A stretch of DNA of 33,324 nucleotides from Candidatus Omnitrophota bacterium (lineage in GTDB: Bacteria > Omnitrophota > Omnitrophia > Omnitrophales > Aquincolibacteriaceae). Within the stretch, counting starts at the first letter, position 1. Each line of letters starts with the position of its first letter. The stretch is taken from the NCBI GenBank assembly GCA_043803685.1, contig JAZDJU010000086.1, positions 1 through 33,324 of the forward strand, written 5' to 3'. A program made the translations under genes and the position numbers. Of this stretch, positions 26,101 to 33,324 are shown piece after piece. Below the pieces are notes generated by a model, which was not told the origin of the DNA, made no database searches, and saw only the letters and a program-made list of their open reading frames with translations.

Positions 26101-29100
26101 TAAAGATCACTGTAGAGGAACCACAGGTAAAAGCGAACGTCGTCCAATTACCCGCGACAAATATAGAGGGTGTGCCGGTGGCATTCAGGTTGGAGTTGTT
26201 CGTTTCGTTTTTAAAAACAGCCACACCGCCTGTTCCAATCGTAAGTGTGTTGTCGTGGGTAGTGAGCACACCATCATTTAAAATGACTAGGCCATCGCAG
26301 GTAAGTGCGGTTAGCATGTTTAGATTGGTAGAAGTTCCTGTGACATTGACTGTTCCAATATTCTGAATGCCGGCGGTTGAGTCGGTGTAATTCTGAGTTG
26401 CTCCCCCATCAAAGGTGATCGTCCCGCCCTTGGTGTAGGTCGTGCCCGCATCCAATTGAAAGTTGTCGGCGTAATTCTGATTCAGAGAGTTGGCGTTGAA
26501 ACTGCCCGACTGCAACCGGAAGTTGCCGTTCACATCGAGATTATTCGTCAAGAGACTGACCGAGCCAGTGATCGTTAGATGGTTCAGGGACTGGCTGGCA
26601 TTGAGAGTCTTCGCGGTTCCGGACATCGTCAATGTGGAACCGGTATTCGTCCAGGCGCTCGTGATCACCACATTCCCCGAGGCGTTGATTGCTGGCGTGC
26701 CGGAGCAGGTAAACGTACCGCCCGTGTGTGAGAAGTCACGGGTATTCAGCGTCCCTGCCAAGGTGTGTGTCCCCAAAGAGTGCGAATAATCCTGCACTGT
26801 GATAGTGCCTGAGCTCTGGGTGACTGTCATATCAGCATCATTCAAAGTCATGTTGTAACCGGCGCCGCTTAAAGTCCCGCCGTTGATATTCAGTGTCGCC
26901 GAAGACGCCGGCGCCGGCGTAAAGTCCGCTCCCAACGTCCAGGTCCTGCCATTCAAATCCAGTGTCCCCGCAGTAAAACTGAGCACGCCGCCCGCCGACT
27001 GAGTAACGTTATTGGTAATTAACTGGACTGAGGTTCCGGTATTGTTAAGGGTCACGTTGTAAAAGTTATTCGAACCAGCATTGACTGTCTGAGTACCTGA
27101 GGCGCCATTAAAGATCACCGTGGAGTTACCGCACAAAAACCATCCCCCCGTCCAGTTGCCCGCAATGTACATAGTGGATGTGCCAGCATCCAGGAGTCCA
27201 GTCTGGAAATCCAAGCCACCCTCTCCAATAGTGAGTGTATTGTCGTGGGTGGTGAGCCCGCCTTCGACTTGTATCGTCAAACCATCGCAGGTAAGGGCTG
27301 AAAACATATTAAGATTCGTAGGATAGCCCGTCACGACCAAGGTGCCGATATTCTGGATGCCTGCCGTCGAGTCGGTGTAGTTTTGAACTGCTCCCCCGTC
27401 AAAGGTGATCGTTCCGCCCTTGGTGTAAGTCGTGCCCGCATCCAATTGAAAGTTGCCGGCGTAATTCTGATTCTTGGAGTTGGCGTTGAAGCTGCCCGAT
27501 TGCAGTCTGAAATTGCCATTCACATCCAGGTTATTCGTTAAAAGACTGACTGAACCTGTAATCGTCAAATGGTTAAGCGATTGGGAAGCATTGAGAGTCT
27601 TCGCAGCTCCTGACATCGTCAGCGTGGAGCCGGTGTTGGTCCACGCGCTCGTGATCACGACATTCCCCGAAGCATTGATACTCGGAGTCCCGGAGCAAGT
27701 GAACGTACCGCCCGTGTGTGAGAAGTCACGGGTATTCAGCGTCCCTGCCAAGGTGTGTGTCCCCAAAGAGTGCGAATAATCCTGCGCTGTGATAGTTCCG
27801 GTTGTTTGAGTAACGGTCATGTCTGCATCGTTCAGCGTCATGTTGTAACCGGCGCCGCTTAAAGTCCCGCCGTTGATATTCAAAACAGCTGCAGATGTCG
27901 GTGCGGGCGAAAAATCAGCTCCCAACGTCCAGGTCTGACCATTCAGATCTAGAGTGCCGGCAGTGAAGCTGAGTACGCCGCCTGCCCCCTGGGGAACATT
28001 ACTAAGTAACTGCACTGAAGTTCCGGTATTGTTAAGAGTCACGTTATAAAAACCACTTGGATTATTAACCGTCTGAGTACCTGAGGCGCCGTTAAAGATC
28101 ACGGTGGAGGAGCCACGAATAAAATGGGAACCCGTCCAGTTGCCCGCAACAAATATGGATGATGTGCCGGCGACATACAGGTAGCCACCTTGTTCTCCTT
28201 CAGTGATTGTTATACCGCCCGTTCCGACAGTAAGCGTATTGCTGTTGGTGTGGAGCTCACCTTGGTTTTGAATTGTTAAGCTGTCACAAGTAAGCGCTGA
28301 GAGCATATTTAAAATACTAAAATGCCCCGTGACGACAACAATGCCGATGTTCTGGATCCCTGCCGTCGAGTCGGTATAGTTCTGAGTCGCTCCCCCGTCA
28401 AAGGTGATCGTCCCGCCCTTGGTGTAGGTCGTGCCCGCGTCCAACTGAAAGTTGCCGGCGTAATTCTGATTCAAAGAGTTGGCGTTAAAACTTCCCGACT
28501 GCAAACGGAAGTTGCCGTTCACATCCAGATTATTGGTCAAGAGACTGATCGAGCCGGTGATCGTCAGATTATTCAGAGACTGGCTGGCATTGAGAGTCTT
28601 CGCAGCTCCTGACATCGTCAGTGTGGAGCCGGTGTTGGTCCAGGCGCTCGTGATCACGACATTCCCCGAAGCATTGATGCTAGGCGTTCCTAAGCAAGTG
28701 AACGTACCGCCTGTGTGCGAGAAATCCCGGGTATTCAGTGTGTCTGCCAAGGTGTGAGTGCCCAAGGAGTGCGAATAATCCTGCACCGTGATAGTGCCTG
28801 AACTCTGAGTGACGGTCATATCAGCATCATTCAAAGTCATGTTGTAAGAAGCACTACTCAAGGTACCGAAATTGATATTCAAAACAGCCGCAGATGTCGG
28901 CGCCGGCGTAAAGTCAGCCCCCAGCGTCCAAGTATTCCCGCTCAAGTTCAGAGTGCCCGCGATAAAACTGAGGACACCGCCTGGAGTCTGAGTAAGAGAC
29001 GAGGCGAGCAATCGCACTGTGCCTCCGGTATTATTAATAGTCACGTTGTAGAAGTTATCCCCTCCGGAGACTACTGTCTGGGTGCCAGAACCATTAAAGA

Positions 29101-32100
29101 CCACGGTTGAGGAGCCAGCTAAAAAAACACCGGCGTTGACCCAATCGCCTGCAACGAATATGGAGGGTGTACCAGTAGCATCCAGGGTGCCTTCATCTCC
29201 AGGTGAGCTCCCAGACGCAAGAGTTAAGCCTCCAGTTCCAATAGTGAGCGTGTTGTTATTGGTGACGATCTTACTAAGAGTTTGAATTATCAAACTGTCA
29301 CAGGTAAGCGCTGACAACATATTCAAATTGGTAGAAGCCCCTGTGACATCTACGGTACCGATATTCTGGATGCCTGCCGTCGAGTCGGTGTAGTTTTGAA
29401 CTGCTCCCCCGTCAAAGGTGATCGTCCCGCCCTTGGTGTAAGTGGTGCCTGAATCCAATTGAAAGTTACCGGCGTAATTCTGATTCAGAGAGTTGGCGTT
29501 AAAGCTACCCGACTGCAAACGGAAGTTGCCGTTCACATCAAGGTTATTTGTTAAGAGACTGATCGAACCGGTGATCGTTAGATTATTGAGGGCCTGACTT
29601 GCATTGAGAGTCTTTGCGGCTCCCGACATCGTCAGTGTGGAACCGCCGTTGTTCCAGGCACTTGTGATCACGACATTGCCGGAGGCATTGATGCTGGCAG
29701 TTCCGGGGCAGGTGAATGTGCCGCCGGTATGCGAGAAATCCCGGGTATTCAGTGTTCCTGCTAAGGCGTGTACGCCCAAGGACTGCGAATAATCCTGCAC
29801 TGTGATCGTGCCCGAGCCGTGAATGACGGTCATATTGGCGTTATTCAGCGTCATGTTGTAACCTGCCCCGCTTAACGTACCGCCACTGATATTCAGTCTC
29901 GCCGAAGACGTCGGCGCCGGTGCAAAGTTCGCTCCCAGTGTCCAGGTCTTACCATTCAAATCTAGCGTACCGGCGGTAAAACTGAGCACTCCGCCTGCAG
30001 ACTGAGTAAGATTACTGGTCATCAACTGTACCGAAGTCCCGGTATTGTTAATGGTCACGTTGTAGAAATTACTCGAACCCGCATCAACCGTCTGAGTGCC
30101 TGAGGTACCGTTGAAGATCACTGTCGAGGAGCCCGCAGTAAAGGTGCCGGAGTTCGACCAGTTGCCACCGACGCTTAAGGTCGGGGTCTTCAAAACAAGA
30201 TCCACTGAAGCGGATTTAACATCATAAGGATTCGAGGTGCCGCTAGTCCAGGTCAGGACGAGTTTGTTGCCATTGATCAATGCGGGGGCTGAAAGATTCG
30301 TGTTCGTGCCTGCGTAATAAAGAGCGGTGGGGGCGGCATCCCAACTCACATCGGAGCCCGAGATCAAACCGCTCTTGCCATAGATCGTATTGGAAGCGAT
30401 CCAGGTGGCATAAAGACTATTGGCGGAGCCGTACAATGAAATATTGGGAGCTGAGACCGCGGAACTTGAAAGAGTGACCGCGCTTCCCCATGTCGACGAA
30501 CCGGCATCAAAACGCTTGTAGATCAGCTGGCTCGTCGCATTCGTGTAGGTCAGGTAGATATTCGCCGCCGAGTCATTCACCACGGAAAACTGCGAAGAAG
30601 CGCCTGTGTCGGCTGCAACCGTTTTACTGTAATAAGCTAAATAGCTGGCAGAGATATTGTTTTCAGCGGCAAGGAAAGCTCCTCCCACGTAAGCGCTTTC
30701 TCCGTTCAAGGCCAACGCGTAAACGGTATTATTCACCCCGTAATTACCGCCGTTGCCGGCCCCGAGGTAATTAAAACTGTTCCCCGCAATGTTGTAGCGG
30801 ATCACTCTCCCACAATTCGTCTTGTTCACCGTGTCGTAGGCCGTGGTGAAACTACCTCCGATATAAACATCCGTACTGTTCAGGACAATGGCCCAAACTG
30901 CGCTATCCACCCCGTAATTACCTCCGTTTCCGGCCCCCAGATAATGAAAGCTGTTCCCCGCAATGTTGTAGCGGATCACTCTGCCGCAGTTCGTCTTATT
31001 CACCGTGTCGTAGGCTGTGGCGAGACCACCTCCAAGATATACATCCGTACTGTTCAGGGCGATGGCATAGACACCGCCATCCACCCCGTAATTGCCGCCA
31101 TTACCCGCCCCGAGATAATGAAAGCTGTTTCCCGCGATGTTGTAGCGGATCACATTCCCGCAGTTCGTCTTATTCACCGTATCGTAGGCTGTGGAAAACA
31201 TTCCTCCGATATATACATCCGTGCTGTTCAGGGCAATGGCATTAACCCAGTTATTCACCCCGTAATTCCCGCCATTACCCGCCCCGAGATAATTAAAACT
31301 GTTCCCCGCAATGTTGTAGCGGATCACAGAGCCGCAATTTGTCTTATTCACCGTATCGTAGGCCGTGGTGAAACCACCTCCGATATAAACATCCGTGCCA
31401 TCCAAGGCAATGGCGAGAACGGTGCTATTCACCCCATAAGCACCGCCATTGCCGTGGCCCAGATAATTGAAGCTGTTCCCGGCGATGTTGTAGCGAATGA
31501 CTCGGCCGCAGTTGGTCTTGTTCGAGGTGTCATAGGCCGTGGTAAAGTAGCCTCCGATATAAACGTCCGTGCCGTTCAGAGCGAGGGCGTTCACCGCGCC
31601 ATCCACTCCGTAATTGCCTCCGTTACCGGCACCGAGATAATGAAAGCTGTTGCCGGCGATGTTGTAGCGGATCACATACCCGCAGTTCGGCTTATTCACC
31701 GTGGCATAGGCCGTGGTAAAATCGCCTCCAAGATAAACATCCGTGTTGTTCAAGGCGATAGCGAGAACCAGGCCGTCCACCCCAAAATTCCCCACACTAC
31801 CGGCCCCGAGATAGTTAAAACTGTTCCCGGAGATGTTATATCTCGTCACATAGCCGAAATTGATCTTATCCGTGGTGTCATAGACGGAGAGAAGATAGCC
31901 TCCCACATAAACATCCGTGCTGTTCAGGGCAAGAGCGTTAATGGCGGCATTCGCTCCGTAAATCCCCCCGCTACCGGACCCAAGGTAGCTAAAACTGTTT
32001 CCGGCAATGTTGTAGCGGATCACATAGCCACAGCTCGTCTTATTCACCGTGTCGTAGGCGATGGTAAAGTTACCTCCGATATAAACATCCGTGCCGTTAA

Positions 32101-33124
32101 GAGCAAGGGCGAGAACCGTGCCGTTCACTCCGTAATTACCGCCATTGCCGGCCCCCAGATAATTAAAGCTGTTCCCGGCAATGTTGTAACGGATCACTCG
32201 CCCGCAGGTGGTCTTGTTCACCGTGTCGTAAGCAGTAGTAAACAATCCCCCGATATAAACATCCGTGCTGTTCAAGGCCAGGGCGTAAACGATGCTATTC
32301 ACCCCGTAATTGCCGCCGTTACCGGCCCCGAGGTAGTTAAAGCTGTTCCCGGCGATGTTGTAACGGATGACTCGGCCGCAGTTGGTCTTGTTCACCGTGT
32401 CATAGGCCGTCCAAAAGTCGCCTCCGATATAAACATCCGTGCTATTCAAAGCAATGGCACGAACCACCGTATTCACTCCGTAGCTCCCTCCATTGCCGGC
32501 CCCGACATAATTAAAGCTGTTGCCGGCGATGTTATAGCGGATCACATAGCCGCAGGTGGTCTTATTTGCCGTGTCATAGGCCGTCGTAAAATCGCCTCCG
32601 GCATAAACGTCTGTGCTGTTAAGAGCGATCGCGCGAACCAAACCATTCACCCCGTAATTACCGCCATTCCCGGCCCCAAGGTAATTAAAGCTGTTCCCCG
32701 CGATGTTGTAGCGGATCACGTAGCCGCAGTTGGTCTTGTTCGCCGTGTCATAAGCCGTAGTAAAATCACCTCCGATATAAACGTCCGTGCCATTCAAGGC
32801 GATGGCATAAACCGCACCATTGACCCCATAATTCCCACCGTTACCGGCCCCGAGGTAGGAAAAAGCGCCTGAAGTGATGTCGTATTTCACAACATAGCCC
32901 ACGTTCCCCAAGTAATTTGAGGCATTGGCCGCGGTAAAATTTCCGCCAAAATAAATGGTCGTATCGTTCACGGCTATGGCATTCACGATGCCATTAAACG
33001 TATTGCCGCTCACGTGGAATCCAAACCAGCCATACTCCCCACCCGCGGTGGCCGTGTCCCAAGTTGTGCCGTTGTAGCTGTAAGCCATCAGGTTATTGGA
33101 GTCATTGCCGCAGAAAAGCATCAC
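23180..33124 (-). CDS. Giant secreted/surface repeat protein (adhesin/filamentous-haemagglutinin-like), probably 5'-truncated
   Basis: 3314-aa ORF rich in G/T/N/S. Contains propeller repeats, beta-helix repeats, NKVYDAT (YDG-like) and DTKPYD (MBG-like) domains, a P/S/T/E linker and a FecR-like C-terminus. No signal peptide or SD at the ORF start; the frame stays open only to 33181. Confidence 0.85.
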   Translation of the reverse strand: MMLFCGNDSNNLMAYSYNGTTWDTATAGGEYGWFGFHVSGNTFNGIVNAIAVNDTTIYFGGNFTAANASNYLGNVGYVVKYDITSGAFSYLGAGNGGNYGVNGAVYAIALNGTDVYIGGDFTTAYDTANKTNCGYVIRYNIAGNSFNYLGAGNGGNYGVNGLVRAIALNSTDVYAGGDFTTAYDTANKTTCGYVIRYNIAGNSFNYVGAGNGGSYGVNTVVRAIALNSTDVYIGGDFWTAYDTVNKTNCGRVIRYNIAGNSFNYLGAGNGGNYGVNSIVYALALNSTDVYIGGLFTTAYDTVNKTTCGRVIRYNIAGNSFNYLGAGNGGNYGVNGTVLALALNGTDVYIGGNFTIAYDTVNKTSCGYVIRYNIAGNSFSYLGSGSGGIYGANAAINALALNSTDVYVGGYLLSVYDTTDKINFGYVTRYNISGNSFNYLGAGSVGNFGVDGLVLAIALNNTDVYLGGDFTTAYATVNKPNCGYVIRYNIAGNSFHYLGAGNGGNYGVDGAVNALALNGTDVYIGGYFTTAYDTSNKTNCGRVIRYNIAGNSFNYLGHGNGGAYGVNSTVLAIALDGTDVYIGGGFTTAYDTVNKTNCGSVIRYNIAGNSFNYLGAGNGGNYGVNNWVNAIALNSTDVYIGGMFSTAYDTVNKTNCGNVIRYNIAGNSFHYLGAGNGGNYGVDGGVYAIALNSTDVYLGGGLATAYDTVNKTNCGRVIRYNIAGNSFHYLGAGNGGNYGVDSAVWAIVLNSTDVYIGGSFTTAYDTVNKTNCGRVIRYNIAGNSFNYLGAGNGGNYGVNNTVYALALNGESAYVGGAFLAAENNISASYLAYYSKTVAADTGASSQFSVVNDSAANIYLTYTNATSQLIYKRFDAGSSTWGSAVTLSSSAVSAPNISLYGSANSLYATWIASNTIYGKSGLISGSDVSWDAAPTALYYAGTNTNLSAPALINGNKLVLTWTSGTSNPYDVKSASVDLVLKTPTLSVGGNWSNSGTFTAGSSTVIFNGTSGTQTVDAGSSNFYNVTINNTGTSVQLMTSNLTQSAGGVLSFTAGTLDLNGKTWTLGANFAPAPTSSARLNISGGTLSGAGYNMTLNNANMTVIHGSGTITVQDYSQSLGVHALAGTLNTRDFSHTGGTFTCPGTASINASGNVVITSAWNNGGSTLTMSGAAKTLNASQALNNLTITGSISLLTNNLDVNGNFRLQSGSFNANSLNQNYAGNFQLDSGTTYTKGGTITFDGGAVQNYTDSTAGIQNIGTVDVTGASTNLNMLSALTCDSLIIQTLSKIVTNNNTLTIGTGGLTLASGSSPGDEGTLDATGTPSIFVAGDWVNAGVFLAGSSTVVFNGSGTQTVVSGGDNFYNVTINNTGGTVRLLASSLTQTPGGVLSFIAGTLNLSGNTWTLGADFTPAPTSAAVLNINFGTLSSASYNMTLNDADMTVTQSSGTITVQDYSHSLGTHTLADTLNTRDFSHTGGTFTCLGTPSINASGNVVITSAWTNTGSTLTMSGAAKTLNASQSLNNLTITGSISLLTNNLDVNGNFRLQSGSFNANSLNQNYAGNFQLDAGTTYTKGGTITFDGGATQNYTDSTAGIQNIGIVVVTGHFSILNMLSALTCDSLTIQNQGELHTNSNTLTVGTGGITITEGEQGGYLYVAGTSSIFVAGNWTGSHFIRGSSTVIFNGASGTQTVNNPSGFYNVTLNNTGTSVQLLSNVPQGAGGVLSFTAGTLDLNGQTWTLGADFSPAPTSAAVLNINGGTLSGAGYNMTLNDADMTVTQTTGTITAQDYSHSLGTHTLAGTLNTRDFSHTGGTFTCSGTPSINASGNVVITSAWTNTGSTLTMSGAAKTLNASQSLNHLTITGSVSLLTNNLDVNGNFRLQSGSFNANSKNQNYAGNFQLDAGTTYTKGGTITFDGGAVQNYTDSTAGIQNIGTLVVTGYPTNLNMFSALTCDGLTIQVEGGLTTHDNTLTIGEGGLDFQTGLLDAGTSTMYIAGNWTGGWFLCGNSTVIFNGASGTQTVNAGSNNFYNVTLNNTGTSVQLITNNVTQSAGGVLSFTAGTLDLNGRTWTLGADFTPAPASSATLNINGGTLSGAGYNMTLNDADMTVTQSSGTITVQDYSHSLGTHTLAGTLNTRDFSHTGGTFTCSGTPAINASGNVVITSAWTNTGSTLTMSGTAKTLNASQSLNHLTITGSVSLLTNNLDVNGNFRLQSGSFNANSLNQNYADNFQLDAGTTYTKGGTITFDGGATQNYTDSTAGIQNIGTVNVTGTSTNLNMLTALTCDGLVILNDGVLTTHDNTLTIGTGGVAVFKNETNNSNLNATGTPSIFVAGNWTTFAFTCGSSTVIFNGATGTQTIYTRGGDFYNATINNTGTSVQLSNNVTQSAGGVLSFTAGTLDLNGKTWTLGADFSPAPTSAAVLNINGGTLSGAGYNMTLNDADMTVTHGSGTITVQDYAHSLGTHTLAGTLNTRDFSHTGGTFTCSGTPSINASGNVVITSAWTNTGSTLTMSGAAKTLNASQALNNLTITGSISLLTNNLDVNGNFRLQSGSFNANSLNQNYAGNFQLDAGTTYTKGGTITFDGGATQNYTDSTAGIQNIGTAVVSSSNLNMLSALTCDGLSITPFGRLTTHDNALTIGTGGLTYASVDGGILDATGTPTIYIAGNWLRATQFYCGFSSVIFNGASQTIAAVSYYNLTFSGSGTKTLAAGTTGVANTFTTGGLTVDATSNSTTVNYNGSGAQTVAALNYYNLTVSNNGIKTVNPATTTIANTGTISGTAQVLLTASATGNNKVYDATDAATVNLSIQNIFTAYTVSLSGSYTATFDAGKNVGTGKAISVTGISLTGADAAKFTLNGVTTASATADITARPLTVTAVTDTKPYDASTSSAGVPTLTSGALQGLDTATWSQTFDTAAVGTGKTLTPSGVATDGNSGNNYSYTYVVNNTGVITSTELPPSAPETPNVTEQDLNQLNINPFTTQDPGIGDMTMPTLPSDLGETITIPGPTTQPSETPASTSESSPESSPASSSTSPSSTEGETTTGESTGGAAGDEQGSGTSGSWNEAFNIYFDPNTAGRLRTNVRVIEGAVYVVDGANRISLLEIGNFVRVPYQRKKPAIKTQEDTGPCREGDTRSSCRGASETVEPEATPAPAMREKKVVSPVVMSQTKEGQWYGTLRNPGKEVFVKSRSGKWVSAQDGMVILPGDEVKTLKGSSAEVLLDDGKIGQIEVREGTLFRINKADVDPKTGDRTTLIDLALGKILVKVEKLKGNSKFEVKTPTSYTGVRGTTFEVSVDEDPEKEKESDGSDGEKPLAPASSDSQPAVV
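25100..30180 (-). repeat. Five tandem ~1-kb (330-338 aa) intragenic repeats
   Basis: Anchor LDVNGNFRLQSGSFNANS recurs at ~29528, 28514, 27515, 26525 and 25520 (spacings 1014, 999, 990, 1005 nt). Confidence 0.92.
30625..32998 (-). repeat. Fourteen tandem 174-nt (58 aa) beta-propeller blade repeats
   Basis: Unit GVNxxVxAIALNxTDVYIGGxFTTAYDTVNKTNCGxVIRYNIAGNSFNYLGAGNGGNY; first and last copies are divergent. Confidence 0.92.
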
Positions 33125-33125
33125 A

Positions 33126-33324
33126 TTCGAGCCGGTGATAGCCGAGTGGCTGAAGCAGAATCTGGTATATTCACCGCCGCTTCACAACTACCTCTGGGGA
33201 TATGGGATGTTGCTACCGCTGTGGCTTTTAGGGGTAGTGCAAATATGGCGCACAAAGCGCGACAATTCATTGTGGATGTTGCTGCTCATATGGTCAGTCG
33301 TTGTTTGGGTGCTTTTGTATTTGC
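33126..33324 (+). other. Internal fragment of an unrelated multi-pass membrane protein gene (no start codon)
   Basis: Stop-free + frame FEPVIAEWLKQNLVYSPPLHNYLWGYGMLLPLWLLGVVQIWRTKRDNSLWMLLLIWSVVVWVLLYL with two hydrophobic helices; abuts or overlaps the 5' end of the giant ORF. Confidence 0.6.

Noticed and set aside
30944..32872. 642-aa + strand ORF with repeats
   Set aside because: Antisense shadow of the propeller repeat array; stop-free because of repetition and codon bias.
30625..32998. Repeat array as a CRISPR array or DGR variable region
   Set aside because: Units are in-frame 174-nt coding repeats without unique spacers. Substitutions are not adenine-specific, and no cas or reverse transcriptase gene is present.

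Overview
Mostly minus-strand, moderately GC-rich chromosomal DNA from an anaerobic bacterium. Gene content is compatible with a PVC/Candidatus Omnitrophota-type organism, but that is inference only. In transcription order (right to left): a 5'-truncated giant repeat protein of >3300 aa (14 beta-propeller blades, five ~335-aa beta-helix repeats, YDG/MBG-like domains, an apparently circularly permuted C-terminal FecR-like domain); a cupin; nfnAB transhydrogenase; a trimeric [FeFe]-hydrogenase whose NuoF-like subunit is fused to a permuted NfnB/GltD-like flavoprotein; rex plus an AhpD/CMD-like gene; a tetrameric HndABCD-type [FeFe]-hydrogenase; a TM1266-aspA-hydF-hydG-hydE maturation operon; a hypothetical gene, tRNA-Leu(GAG), PMM/PGM and manC; and the left end of a probable IS110 element at the window edge. 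Best leads: (1) a leader before the maturation operon with mutually exclusive sensor-like hairpin, antiterminator and terminator, which I cannot match to a known riboswitch class; (2) the HydB-NfnB fusion hydrogenase; (3) two matching atypical Rex-like operators; (4) the giant protein's architecture; (5) a bridge-RNA-like IS110 end. The last ~190 bp look like a chimeric or rearrangement junction.
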